64,000 nucleotides of DNA, taken from IMG/VR virus record IMGVR_UViG_3300048672_000527, positions 100,770 through 164,769 of that record, one strand, 5' to 3'. This stretch comes from a virus (lineage: Duplodnaviria; Heunggongvirae; Uroviricota; Caudoviricetes). The position numbers and the translations under genes were made by a program. This document shows positions 23,919 through 33,301 of the stretch, in pieces. The notes under the pieces were generated by a model. It was not told the DNA's origin, did no database searches, and saw only the letters and a list, made by a program, of their open reading frames with translations. Numbering within the stretch: the first letter of the stretch is position 1; every line of letters starts with the position of its first letter.

Positions 23919-24278
23919 ATGAAAAAAGATACCTATATTTTTAATGCCATCATCAATAACGTAGTTGATGGCGATACCGTAGATGCTATTGTTGATCTTG
24001 GTTTCTATGTTAATTACAATACGCGTCTTCGTCTCTATGGTATTAATACACCAGAACTTCATGCTACTGATCCAGCTGTTAGAGCTAAGGCCTTAGAAGC
24101 AAAGAACTATGTAATTAGTAAACTTCCAGTTGGTACTGCTGTAACACTACAGACATTTGGACAAGAGAAGTATGGCCGCTTTCTTGCCAAAGTATTCATT
24201 AGTGACTATAATCTAAACGATGATCTGGTGGCTCAAGGACTTGCTAGCATTTACTTCGGTAGCGGCCCCAAAACTTAA
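23919..24278 (+). CDS. staphylococcal-nuclease-like thermonuclease (SNase)
   Basis: DGDTVD ... RLRLYGINTPE SNase catalytic motif. Confidence 0.8.
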   Translation: MKKDTYIFNAIINNVVDGDTVDAIVDLGFYVNYNTRLRLYGINTPELHATDPAVRAKALEAKNYVISKLPVGTAVTLQTFGQEKYGRFLAKVFISDYNLNDDLVAQGLASIYFGSGPKT

Positions 24279-24283
24279 GTTTT
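24270..24283. repeat. perfect 14-nt palindrome AAAACTTAAGTTTT
   Basis: seen directly; overlaps SNase stop and next promoter. Confidence 0.4.
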
Positions 24284-24308
24284 CTTTTATTCATTTCCGT
24301 GTTATAAT
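24280..24308 (+). promoter_or_regulatory. early promoter placed for leaderless transcript
   Basis: TTTTCTTTTATTCATTTCCGTGTTATAAT AATAAC ATG. Confidence 0.6.
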
Positions 24309-24314
24309 AATAAC

Positions 24315-24839
24315 ATGGAAACATTAGTTCATCATCTAAAGTCAAGGCATTGTGATCTAACGTTACACCGCCCTTGGCTTGACGAAGAAAATAATGTGGC
24401 CACGTTCCCACTCTGGAATCTCAGTGGCCAGATGGTCGGATACCAACAGTATCGACCCGATGCATCTAAGACACAAAATAATGATCCTAAGTTGGGTCGT
24501 TATTTCACACTCCGCAAGCAACCTACGCTTGCTTTATTCGGAGTTGAGTCTCTTCACCTAACACCCAAAGTTGTATTCTTGACGGAAGGTGTTTTTGACG
24601 CTTGTCGATTAACCGAACGTGGGGTTAGTGCTCTGGCTGTTCTGTCGTGTGATGTGAACCGTGAGTACAGGGGTTGGCTCCGTGCTCTGAATCGCCGAGT
24701 TGTTGCTGTATGCGATAACGACGAGGCGGGGCGGAAATTGGCTAAGTTTGGTGATGAAGCAGTTTTCATGGCAGAAAAGGACTTGGGTGATTCTAGTGAC
24801 GAAGAAGTCACAGAACTTTTGAAAAAGTATGGATTATGA
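24315..24839 (+). CDS. Toprim-domain protein
   Basis: VFLTEGVFDA..(E) and VVAVCDNDEAGRKLA (DxD) Toprim motifs. Confidence 0.65.
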   Translation: METLVHHLKSRHCDLTLHRPWLDEENNVATFPLWNLSGQMVGYQQYRPDASKTQNNDPKLGRYFTLRKQPTLALFGVESLHLTPKVVFLTEGVFDACRLTERGVSALAVLSCDVNREYRGWLRALNRRVVAVCDNDEAGRKLAKFGDEAVFMAEKDLGDSSDEEVTELLKKYGL

Positions 24840-25084
24840 AAAAGCCTTATTGGATTAAAGTTGGTCTTACAGATGAAACAAACGAGTTTGAGGGTCACCA
24901 AGGACATTGGGCGGATTGTTATTTCAGTAATTCCACATATAAAGCAATCATGTGGTATCTGCGTGGACCACTCATGGAAAATACTGGATGGGAAATTCGT
25001 GAGATGACAGATGAAGAATTGAAGCAGTATCCAGAAGCATTGGAATTTCAAAAATTTTTGATTGAAGAATACGGTGAATTCTGA
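24836..25084 (+). CDS. hypothetical protein
   Basis: ORF with ATGA overlap. Confidence 0.5.
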   Translation: MKKPYWIKVGLTDETNEFEGHQGHWADCYFSNSTYKAIMWYLRGPLMENTGWEIREMTDEELKQYPEALEFQKFLIEEYGEF

Positions 25085-25449
25085 TGGCCAACATTGTTCT
25101 GAAAATGCTCTCAAGGAAGCAGTCCGGTAAATGTTACTATTGCGATTGTAGTATGGTTTTCTATAACCGTGTGGGCGGTTCTAATCTTGATAATTCTGCT
25201 ACGATAGAACATCTCCGTGACAAATGGGATACAAAAGGTAAGAAGGATTGGTCAGAAACTAATCTAGTAGCAGCTTGCAATAAATGTAATAGTCACCGCG
25301 GTTCGGTTCGCAATCGAATTGCACGGGCCTATTACCAAAGGCAAATGATGGAGCGCGGTGTTAAAGGTACAGCCTCTAGCATTAAAAGCTCAATTCTATA
25401 TGACCGTTACGGTTCAGTACCACAAGAATTATTCGGAGTATCGTTATGA
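25084..25449 (+). CDS. small HNH endonuclease
   Basis: CYYCDC..IEHL..N..AACNKCNSHRG. Confidence 0.75.
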   Translation: MANIVLKMLSRKQSGKCYYCDCSMVFYNRVGGSNLDNSATIEHLRDKWDTKGKKDWSETNLVAACNKCNSHRGSVRNRIARAYYQRQMMERGVKGTASSIKSSILYDRYGSVPQELFGVSL

Positions 25450-25790
25450 TCACAGCTAGAGAAGCACGTGAGCTTGCACAAAGTAGTGAAGCAGCTATTA
25501 AACTTGTGACAGATCAAATTGATTTAAAAATTACTGGTGCGGCATCGCTTGGAAAATACACATTAGATCTCGATGAAGCGATGTCTTATGATAATCGCTT
25601 CGAACCTCTTTCACGTGCATTTCACTCTCCGGAATTTACACCTTGGCAAAGACTTGTGAAGCAGGAATTAGAGTCTGCAGGATATTCCGTCAGTATCAAA
25701 TCTAAAACTGTGACAATCGGCGGTGGATTGGGTTCTATGGAAGAAGAAGGTCGAGACGAAGAAAGACCGTACATTCACGTTTCTTGGTGA
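25446..25790 (+). CDS. hypothetical protein
   Basis: ORF, overlap packing. Confidence 0.5.
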   Translation: MITAREARELAQSSEAAIKLVTDQIDLKITGAASLGKYTLDLDEAMSYDNRFEPLSRAFHSPEFTPWQRLVKQELESAGYSVSIKSKTVTIGGGLGSMEEEGRDEERPYIHVSW

Positions 25791-25819
25791 TTTACTTTTA
25801 TTCATTGGTGTGATATAAT
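25791..25819 (+). promoter_or_regulatory. early promoter
   Basis: TTTACTTTTATTCATTGGTGTGATATAAT. Confidence 0.7.
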
Positions 25820-25842
25820 TATTCCCTTAACAAGGAAGCATC

Positions 25843-26118
25843 ATGGCACGCGGTAAATATTCTCCAACTGTAAATCACGCATACTGGAAAGACCAGGAAT
25901 GGTGGCACAAGTATAGCCGTGAAGCAGAAGAATTTACTCTCTATGATCCAGAAGGTTATGATAGCTACGGCTATAATGAAGCCGGTCTTGATCGTGCCGG
26001 AAATAGTGAATTTGCTTACTACGGCAATGATAATGATTCGGGTGAGAACTATCTGTACGATTCTGTTGCAGATGCCTGGGGATTTGATGGTGAAAAACCT
26101 GTAAAGGGAGTTTGGTAA
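25843..26118 (+). CDS. hypothetical acidic protein
   Basis: ORF with RBS AAGGAAG. Confidence 0.5.
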   Translation: MARGKYSPTVNHAYWKDQEWWHKYSREAEEFTLYDPEGYDSYGYNEAGLDRAGNSEFAYYGNDNDSGENYLYDSVADAWGFDGEKPVKGVW

Positions 26119-26513
26119 TGGACGCAAAACAATTTGCATGGACATATATGGTGGCTATGGGTACAGCAAATGCCACCCCATCGTATTATGGTGGATGGGA
26201 CCCGGTTGATAAAAAGATTAAGACTTCACGCGGTCATCATGGTATTACATCATATCATGATGCTTTTCTAAAAATGATTCGTGAAATCGGCGTTGACTGG
26301 GATAAAACCGATGTACCAATGACGGATACACATGCGCAGTTCGAGGGCACATTTGCTGATTCTTCTACGAAAGAATATCTCGATGGTTGTTTGGTATTGA
26401 AGAATGGATACGAACAACACTGGATTGCAGAACCATATATTTCGAATGTGTTTGAAATAATGGCTGATATTGATAATTTTAAACAAAAATTTTATGATTA
26501 TTTTGGAGAATAA
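26112..26513 (+). CDS. hypothetical protein (TTG start in track)
   Basis: ORF. Confidence 0.45.
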   Translation: MVMDAKQFAWTYMVAMGTANATPSYYGGWDPVDKKIKTSRGHHGITSYHDAFLKMIREIGVDWDKTDVPMTDTHAQFEGTFADSSTKEYLDGCLVLKNGYEQHWIAEPYISNVFEIMADIDNFKQKFYDYFGE

Positions 26514-26514
26514 T

Positions 26515-26961
26515 ATGGATAATCAAGCAATGTTTACATTCACACAAGTCGAGCTGAATAAATTTGTTGATCTTTTAATCACTGGCGAATACAAAAACGA
26601 TAAATTGGCAACTAAGCTGGCTAAAGTGGAACCTATTTTGTTCATGGATTTGGCAAAAGATGATTCAGCTTCTGACCGTCCCGTTGAAACAATTGATCCG
26701 GATCATATCACAATTTTTACTAATATTGTTGCGGGAAATCAAGTCGGCGCAATCAAGTTGATTCGTGATCATTTCAAAAACTGTGGCTTGAAAGAAGCGA
26801 AGGACGTTGCGGATAATCTGCGCTTGTTTATGCGGAATCAACATATTGTTACTGACGATAATGTGTATGGAATTCAAATCAACGGGATTATGTCGTATAC
26901 AGATACTCACAAGTATTACCAGAAACTGCTAGATTCTTGCCGCTCATACTACGGAGTTTAA
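26515..26961 (+). CDS. protein with ribosomal L7/L12 C-terminal-domain-like segment
   Basis: NQVGAIKLIRDHFKNCGLKEAKDVADNL parallels L7/L12 CTD ([22 protein letters not shown]); RBS GGAG. Confidence 0.5.
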   Translation: MDNQAMFTFTQVELNKFVDLLITGEYKNDKLATKLAKVEPILFMDLAKDDSASDRPVETIDPDHITIFTNIVAGNQVGAIKLIRDHFKNCGLKEAKDVADNLRLFMRNQHIVTDDNVYGIQINGIMSYTDTHKYYQKLLDSCRSYYGV

Positions 26962-26962
26962 T

Positions 26963-27571
26963 ATGCGGTTGATTCCTCAGATTGTAGCAAAAGCCCGGTT
27001 TCGTTATGAAGTTGACGCTGAGGTGCGGGCTTATCATAATTTCGAGCATGCAACACGCGTAGCTCAAAATTGCTTGACACTGAATGAAAACGCAGCTGAT
27101 GAACTTCTATATGCGGCGTTGTATCATGATGCTGTGTATATTCCCGGTTCCGGTGAAGATGCCAACGAACGATGCTCGGCAGCTGCATTTAAGAAGGATT
27201 GGAACACGTATTGTAAAAATTCTCTTCACAGAGTATCAGTTCTCGATGTTGAATCTGTGTGCCAGTTAATTAGAAATACAAGCATTGATATGCATTTAAC
27301 GCATATGCGTCTGCAAGGCAATCTGGCCACATTGCTGGATGCTGATCTAGAATCTCTGGCAACTAATTATTATAAGTTTACTTTAAATCAAGAAGCGATT
27401 ATAATTGAACAAGGTGGTGAAGTTAATAAAGAGAATTTGCGCAAATGTGCAGAATTCCTGAGACAATTCCTTCAGGTACGACCATCAATCTACCACACAG
27501 ATAAAGCACGTGAGCTTTGGGAAAAACAAGCTCGTGAAAATATTTTGAAATTATTGGACGAAACTCAATGA
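26963..27571 (+). CDS. HD-domain phosphohydrolase
   Basis: HNFEHATRV .. ALYHDAVY HD motif. Confidence 0.7.
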   Translation: MRLIPQIVAKARFRYEVDAEVRAYHNFEHATRVAQNCLTLNENAADELLYAALYHDAVYIPGSGEDANERCSAAAFKKDWNTYCKNSLHRVSVLDVESVCQLIRNTSIDMHLTHMRLQGNLATLLDADLESLATNYYKFTLNQEAIIIEQGGEVNKENLRKCAEFLRQFLQVRPSIYHTDKARELWEKQARENILKLLDETQ

Positions 27572-28149
27572 CAACTTTTGTAGCAAGTGATATTCACTTT
27601 AACCACCTGAACATTCTGAAGTACTGCCCGCACCGGGGTGGGCCTGATACCGACTGGGATAAGGTTGCTAAGATGAATGAACTGATTATCAGCAACTGGA
27701 ACTCGGTAGTTAAGCCTGAAGATGACATTTTTATCATCGGTGATGTCGCCATGGGTCAAATCGAAAAAGCCCCGGTACTGATTTCTCGTCTGAACGGTCT
27801 GAAATATCTGGTCAAGGGTAATCACGACAAGACGCTGACAAAGAAACAAGCCGACGGAACTCGTTATAGTGATGGTCTGTTCGCATCGGTTCATGATTAT
27901 CTAGAGACCTTTCATAAAGTAGACGGAAAGAAGCACTTCCTGTGTATGAGCCATTTTCCTATGTCACATTGGAACGGTATGAATCAAGGTTCTATGATGA
28001 TTCATGGACACCTACATGGTAGCCCATCCGGGTTGACGGGCCGTATTAAGGACGTTGGTATTGACACTAATAATCTGTTCCCGTATGTTCTGGATGATGT
28101 GGTTCGCGAACTACTAAAAATCAAGGTAATCCGAGATCACCATGAATGA
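27568..28149 (+). CDS. calcineurin-like metallophosphoesterase
   Basis: SDIHFNH, GDV, GNHD motifs. Confidence 0.8.
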   Translation: MTTFVASDIHFNHLNILKYCPHRGGPDTDWDKVAKMNELIISNWNSVVKPEDDIFIIGDVAMGQIEKAPVLISRLNGLKYLVKGNHDKTLTKKQADGTRYSDGLFASVHDYLETFHKVDGKKHFLCMSHFPMSHWNGMNQGSMMIHGHLHGSPSGLTGRIKDVGIDTNNLFPYVLDDVVRELLKIKVIRDHHE

Positions 28150-28201
28150 TGATTTCAGGACAAAAATAGCAGAAATGCTGCAATGATGACGTAATATCGT
28201 T

Positions 28202-29269
28202 ATGAAAATTTATCTAGTTGGCGGTGCTGTCCGCGATATGTTGATGGGGCTGGAACCTAATGACCGAGATTATGTGGTTGTTGGTTCCTCACCAAACGAA
28301 ATGTTAGACTTGGGATATACCCAAGTCGGTGCGGATTTTCCTGTATTCCTGCACCCTGTGACGGGAGAAGAATACGCTCTCGCCCGTAGTGAACGTAAGA
28401 TCGGACCGGGGTATCTTGGCTTTGAAACTCAATTTGACCACACGGTTACTCTTGAGCAAGATTTGGAACGGCGTGACTTTACGATGAATGCCATCGCAAT
28501 TGATATTGAAACTAAAGAGATCATTGATCCATTCTGCGGCCAACTGGATATTAAAAATAAAATCATTAGACATACAAGCCCCGCTTTTGATGAAGACCCA
28601 CTACGAGTCATTAGAGCTGCTAGATTTTACACAAAATATAATGGTTTTAGAATAGATACAAACACATTTAGATTGTGTAAATCTATAGCCGAATCCCGCT
28701 CACTTAACGAAATTAGTGATGAGCGATTTTGGGCAGAATTTAAAAAGGTTAATTCAAAAAACTTGGTTAATTTCTTTTCTGTGCTTTTTGCATTTGGAGT
28801 TTTCGACCACTGTGATATGTTCAAAGATACATTTGGTGAAACAGATTTGTATGTTTTTGATGATATGTCTCATAATTTGTCACACATTAATAGACTGAAC
28901 ATTTTTGTGGCGAGAATTGCTTACAGATGTAATGCAAAACTAACACGGCCTTCAGTACCATCAGATGTCCGTTGGTTGATGAGTATCTTAAAATCTAACT
29001 ATAATCTTTTATATAATGCGGATGAAGCAGTTGATTTTATCTCACATGCAAGAGGTTGGTTTGATATTGAGCGTTTAGTTATTGCTAGACTAGCTTTGCC
29101 TTACTGTGCTTTTTCATTAGAAGAACTTATGATCATTGTTGCAAGAACTTCAAAAATTGATACCTCATGTGCAATTGATTCTTCATTGAGAAAACTAGAA
29201 GGTAAAGAAATTGGTGATTGGATTAGAAATGAACGCATTAAAATTACCGAAAATATTTTGAAAGGTTAA
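28202..29269 (+). CDS. tRNA nucleotidyltransferase (CCA-adding enzyme) head domain protein
   Basis: YLVGGAVRD .. RDYVVVG .. pol-beta NT fold motifs. Confidence 0.8.
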   Translation: MKIYLVGGAVRDMLMGLEPNDRDYVVVGSSPNEMLDLGYTQVGADFPVFLHPVTGEEYALARSERKIGPGYLGFETQFDHTVTLEQDLERRDFTMNAIAIDIETKEIIDPFCGQLDIKNKIIRHTSPAFDEDPLRVIRAARFYTKYNGFRIDTNTFRLCKSIAESRSLNEISDERFWAEFKKVNSKNLVNFFSVLFAFGVFDHCDMFKDTFGETDLYVFDDMSHNLSHINRLNIFVARIAYRCNAKLTRPSVPSDVRWLMSILKSNYNLLYNADEAVDFISHARGWFDIERLVIARLALPYCAFSLEELMIIVARTSKIDTSCAIDSSLRKLEGKEIGDWIRNERIKITENILKG

Positions 29270-29271
29270 TT

Positions 29272-29670
29272 ATGAATACTGAAAAAATTCTAGTTGGTTC
29301 TCGTCGTATTTTTCTGAGTGTTCAAGAAGGTACTGACTATGATTATATGATGGCCAGTAATGAAGCTAATCTTAAAACACTTGCCGAAGCTGGGTACAAA
29401 GAGAAACTGATGTACGAATATCTCGATGAATTCACTGAAGGTGTTTTTGAGAAAATAATTTTCTCCGAAAATCCCAATATTCCGAATAAGAAAATCCAAG
29501 TTACCATTAAAAATCCAGAATATTTTGAGGGTTTGAAAATCTTCTGGGATTTTATGGCCGCCAATCCAGAGTTATTTGATCGAAAGGTTTGGAAATCATC
29601 TAAGGAATATCCAAAGGATTCAGCACAGATTCAGGCCTATATTGAAAATTTTGTCCACACTGTACTATAA
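29272..29670 (+). CDS. hypothetical protein
   Basis: ORF. Confidence 0.5.
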   Translation: MNTEKILVGSRRIFLSVQEGTDYDYMMASNEANLKTLAEAGYKEKLMYEYLDEFTEGVFEKIIFSENPNIPNKKIQVTIKNPEYFEGLKIFWDFMAANPELFDRKVWKSSKEYPKDSAQIQAYIENFVHTVL

Positions 29671-30005
29671 TGTTTGAAATTTTGTCCACAATACGTGAAG
29701 CTCGAAAGATTGCAATAGTTAAAGGCATCGAGAAAAAGGAAGCTGCTCAAAAGAAAAAGATCGCTAAAATTTTTAATGATCGCTACACATATAATAAAGA
29801 GTACCTTGGTAAAGGTGAGTGGATGCCATCTGAAGGTAATTCATTTTACGGTTTCGGTGTGAAAAAAGACTATGCTTGGATGTGCCCCGATTGTAATAAG
29901 ATTCATCGCCCTACTGGGTGTACGGTCTTTACGGGACTACAATACCCGGCTTGTTGCTCATATTATCAAGGTGATAGGCTGTACGCGGGAATCAAAACTC
30001 CCTGA
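29670..30005 (+). CDS. hypothetical Cys-rich protein
   Basis: ORF; CPDCN..HRPTGC. Confidence 0.5.
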   Translation: MFEILSTIREARKIAIVKGIEKKEAAQKKKIAKIFNDRYTYNKEYLGKGEWMPSEGNSFYGFGVKKDYAWMCPDCNKIHRPTGCTVFTGLQYPACCSYYQGDRLYAGIKTP

Positions 30006-30034
30006 TTTACTTTTATTATTTTCCGTGGTATAAT
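30006..30034 (+). promoter_or_regulatory. early promoter; -10 inside stem-loop TCCGTG..CACGGA
   Basis: TTTACTTTTATTATTTTCCGTGGTATAAT. Confidence 0.7.
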
Positions 30035-30060
30035 TATTCCATAGTAACACGGAGTAGTAA

Positions 30061-30333
30061 ATGTTTACAGCTTATTTGATCGGTTTCTTTGCAATTTTGG
30101 CAGTAGCTGCAATTCGTAATCTTCAAGAAAATATCCGTGTTATCTTGGCACTGGCTATTTTCTGGCCTGTGACCGTATTGTTTACTATTTTTGATTTATC
30201 TCTGACTGCAATTGGTTGGGATTTTGACTTTAAAACTAGCACTAATTTCTTTGGTTTTCGTAAACCATTAAATAAAACCGGTTTTGCCATTACCATCATG
30301 AAGATTGAGTTTCAATTCTGGAGCAAGAAATGA
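30061..30333 (+). CDS. small membrane protein
   Basis: two hydrophobic helices. Confidence 0.5.
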   Translation: MFTAYLIGFFAILAVAAIRNLQENIRVILALAIFWPVTVLFTIFDLSLTAIGWDFDFKTSTNFFGFRKPLNKTGFAITIMKIEFQFWSKK

Positions 30334-30749
30334 CATCATTGACTATTATCCGCGGTGTACCTGGTTCTGGTAAGTCTACCCTTGCCAAAAAGTTGCAAAA
30401 GGCAATGGGTACTATGACTACCGATCACTTTGAAGCAGACCAGTTCTTCATTGTTGATGGCGTTTATAAGTATGACGGTATGAAAATAGGTGCTGCGCAC
30501 GAGTGGTGCCAAAAGCAGGTTGATGATGCTCTATTCTATAAGCGCGATGTAATTGTGTCTAACACTTTCACCACCATTAAGGAAATGAAGGCATATTTTG
30601 AAATGGCCAAGACCCACGGTGTTGTGCCACAAGTTATTCACTGCCAGAATGAGTACGGTTCTGTTCATGGTGTTCCGGAAGCAGTAATGGGTAAAATGCG
30701 CGAACGTTTCACATATGATCTGTCTTCACTTTACGGAATTTTAAAATGA
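30330..30749 (+). CDS. P-loop kinase, polynucleotide-kinase (Pnk kinase domain)-like
   Basis: IIRGVPGSGKSTLAKKL vs T4 Pnk LTIGCPGSGKSTWAREF. Confidence 0.65.
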   Translation: MTSLTIIRGVPGSGKSTLAKKLQKAMGTMTTDHFEADQFFIVDGVYKYDGMKIGAAHEWCQKQVDDALFYKRDVIVSNTFTTIKEMKAYFEMAKTHGVVPQVIHCQNEYGSVHGVPEAVMGKMRERFTYDLSSLYGILK

Positions 30750-30931
30750 ACACAGTATTGGTCTGGCTGCTTGTGAGTCTTCCAACCAGCGCTAGTCTCA
30801 CACCAGTAACATTGGTTGAGCGATTTGCTTCAGTAGAAGAATGTCAACGTGTTTCTAAAGTATTAATCGAATCAGATTCTTATAATAGAGTAAAACTGCG
30901 CTGCATTCAGGCCATGGTGGTAAAATCATGA
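30746..30931 (+). CDS. hypothetical small secreted protein
   Basis: N-terminal signal-like segment. Confidence 0.4.
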   Translation: MNTVLVWLLVSLPTSASLTPVTLVERFASVEECQRVSKVLIESDSYNRVKLRCIQAMVVKS

Positions 30932-31590
30932 AAGTAAATATTGGACAACACGTTAACTGGCTTGGTCCATATCAAATCGCCGAGAAACTTCTATTCTGGA
31001 TTCCTAAATATGATGAAAATTATAAACGGAATAAAACAGTCTGGAATTTTGGTAAATGGCTAGCAGAGAATAAAGATGGAAAGCCGACACGACTTGCAAG
31101 ACTATGTGAGTGGTATCACTCTAAACAAAAAAGAAAAATCAAAGTCCGGATTGACAACTATGATGTTTGGAATTTGGATTCTACTCTTGCGTTCATTATT
31201 CTTCCCGCGCTCCAAAGACTGAAGGAAGTCAAATCTGGTGGACCATTTACAGATGATGCAGATGTCCCAGAGAATCTTCGTAGCACTGCTGCAAAACCTA
31301 AAGAAAATGAATACGATACCGATGAATTTCATTTTGCTCGATGGGAGTGGATTCTCGATGAAATGATCTGGGCATTTTCTCAGATTAATAGTAATTGGGA
31401 AGATCAATATCGCACAGGTGAAATTGATCATGTTTTCGTTGACTCTGAAGATCATCCCGGGTGCAAAAAACTGACACATGGCCCAAATCACACATATCAA
31501 TGTGATTATGATGGAATGCAAAAACATCAAGACCGTATTAGTAATGGAACTCGACTTTTTGGAAAATATTTTCTTAACTTGTGGGATTAA
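30928..31590 (+). CDS. hypothetical protein
   Basis: ORF. Confidence 0.55.
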   Translation: MKVNIGQHVNWLGPYQIAEKLLFWIPKYDENYKRNKTVWNFGKWLAENKDGKPTRLARLCEWYHSKQKRKIKVRIDNYDVWNLDSTLAFIILPALQRLKEVKSGGPFTDDADVPENLRSTAAKPKENEYDTDEFHFARWEWILDEMIWAFSQINSNWEDQYRTGEIDHVFVDSEDHPGCKKLTHGPNHTYQCDYDGMQKHQDRISNGTRLFGKYFLNLWD

Positions 31591-31592
31591 TT

Positions 31593-32021
31593 ATGAGCGA
31601 TAAACTAACACCATTGCAACAACAGTTGCTTGACCGAGCAGATGCAATTTTTGATGCAGTTAAAACTGCCACAGAGAAAGCAGTTGATTTTGCTGCAACA
31701 CAACTTCCTGATATTGCAATTCAGTATATTACTTTCTACCGAACTGTTTATACGGTACAATTATTGATTGGGTTGATTTTATTCATCTTTGGTTTGTATT
31801 GTATCTTCCGTGTTGGTATATTTGATTCATGGAAACGCGGTAAAGACAAATGGGGATATTGGGCTGACTTCCGCCAGGGGGCTATGGGAATGGGAGTTAT
31901 TTCAACGCTTGTTGGTTTTTTGATCACTATTTCTAATTTTAGAGACACAGTGATGGTGTGGTTTGCACCAAAGATTTTTCTAATCAACACTATTAGCGAA
32001 CTAATTAAAAAGGTAACATAA
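31593..32021 (+). CDS. membrane protein
   Basis: ORF 31581 (GTG) trimmed to ATG; 2-3 TM helices. Confidence 0.5.
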   Translation: MSDKLTPLQQQLLDRADAIFDAVKTATEKAVDFAATQLPDIAIQYITFYRTVYTVQLLIGLILFIFGLYCIFRVGIFDSWKRGKDKWGYWADFRQGAMGMGVISTLVGFLITISNFRDTVMVWFAPKIFLINTISELIKKVT

Positions 32022-32022
32022 A

Positions 32023-32928
32023 ATGGGAATTGTGACAGGTAAGGAAGGTATCAACGCAAAGGTTATTCTGGATTCTATTTCTCGGGATAATGTACGTATT
32101 ACAACATTGGAGTTGGAGTATCCTCGTTTCATTCATAGTGAGTTGATGACTCACCGAATGTTGAGTAAGAATTGTGCTTCAAGTCGTGCTATTCCAGTCG
32201 AGCGTGTACTAGAACAAATTGAGATGAATCCAGCAATGCCAGTTTGGTGGGGTAAGAATCAACCTGGTATGTCTGCCAAGGAAGAACTTTCTGGTGACGA
32301 ACTTGAACAGGCGCGCGGTGATTGGCTATACGCTAGCCGCGAGGCAGCACATACTGCACGGAAACTTCTAGAAGCCGGTTTACACAAACAAATTTCAAAT
32401 CGCGTTACTGAACCATGGCAGCGAATGAAAACAGTGATCACTGGAACCGAATGGGCCAATCTGCTGTGGCTACGTGATCATGAGGATGCGCAACCAGAAT
32501 TTGGTGAACTTGCTAAGTGTATTACGAAGGCATTTAATCAATCGGAGCCGCGACATACTTTTGCTGGCTCATGGCACCTTCCATATGTTGAGTCAATTCC
32601 AACTTGTGATGACACATTCTTGTATTACAACGGACCCGATCTTATTTCACTTGAAGATGCAAAGAAGGTATCTGCCTCGTGTTGCGCACAGGTATCTTAT
32701 CGCCGCCTAGATGATACTCTTGAAAAGGCTAAATTAGTTTACGATCGTTTAGTATCAGCTTCACGTGTACACGCTAGTCCGTTTGAGCATCAGGCAACAC
32801 CGATGTTTCCAAGTGATAAACTTGGCACCCCAGGTGTGACACATGCAACAGAATTTAGTTTTTGGTCGGGAAATTTCCGTGGTTGGATTCAGCATCGTCA
32901 ATTGATCAAGGGTCATGCTGTCTGGTAA
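32023..32928 (+). CDS. hypothetical protein; possible ThyX-like flavin-dependent thymidylate synthase (weak)
   Basis: THRMLSKNCASSRAIPV loosely resembles ThyX RHRxxSxxxxSxR motif. Confidence 0.5.
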   Translation: MGIVTGKEGINAKVILDSISRDNVRITTLELEYPRFIHSELMTHRMLSKNCASSRAIPVERVLEQIEMNPAMPVWWGKNQPGMSAKEELSGDELEQARGDWLYASREAAHTARKLLEAGLHKQISNRVTEPWQRMKTVITGTEWANLLWLRDHEDAQPEFGELAKCITKAFNQSEPRHTFAGSWHLPYVESIPTCDDTFLYYNGPDLISLEDAKKVSASCCAQVSYRRLDDTLEKAKLVYDRLVSASRVHASPFEHQATPMFPSDKLGTPGVTHATEFSFWSGNFRGWIQHRQLIKGHAVW

Positions 32929-32938
32929 TAAATAATAG

Positions 32939-33247
32939 ATGCACAATAAAATTCCGACGATGTCATTTGAAAATTTGACATCATTGGTTGAACTGAATGC
33001 CTATCCACAGATTGTGAAATACACTGAAGATAATTGGGGCACAGTTCGACTAAAAAATTATTTTGAAAAATTAATGCAAGATACAAGAGACGGAACTCGT
33101 AAAGGTTTTCCCGCCCAAGTGTCAGCGGCTATTCTGTCTCTGTCTCTTGCCAATCTATTTGTTCTAGAATGTGAGGGTCTTACATTCGATGATCCCGATA
33201 ACACTGGATTCGCTAATACAAAATGGGAACTACCCAAAAATTTCTGA
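32939..33247 (+). CDS. hypothetical protein
   Basis: ORF; stop TGA overlaps next promoter. Confidence 0.5.
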   Translation: MHNKIPTMSFENLTSLVELNAYPQIVKYTEDNWGTVRLKNYFEKLMQDTRDGTRKGFPAQVSAAILSLSLANLFVLECEGLTFDDPDNTGFANTKWELPKNF

Positions 33248-33276
33248 TTTACTTTTATTCCAAGTTGGTATATAAT
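33248..33276 (+). promoter_or_regulatory. early promoter
   Basis: TTTACTTTTATTCCAAGTTGGTATATAAT. Confidence 0.7.
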
Positions 33277-33301
33277 TACTCTATATTAACAAGGGGCTGA
33301 A

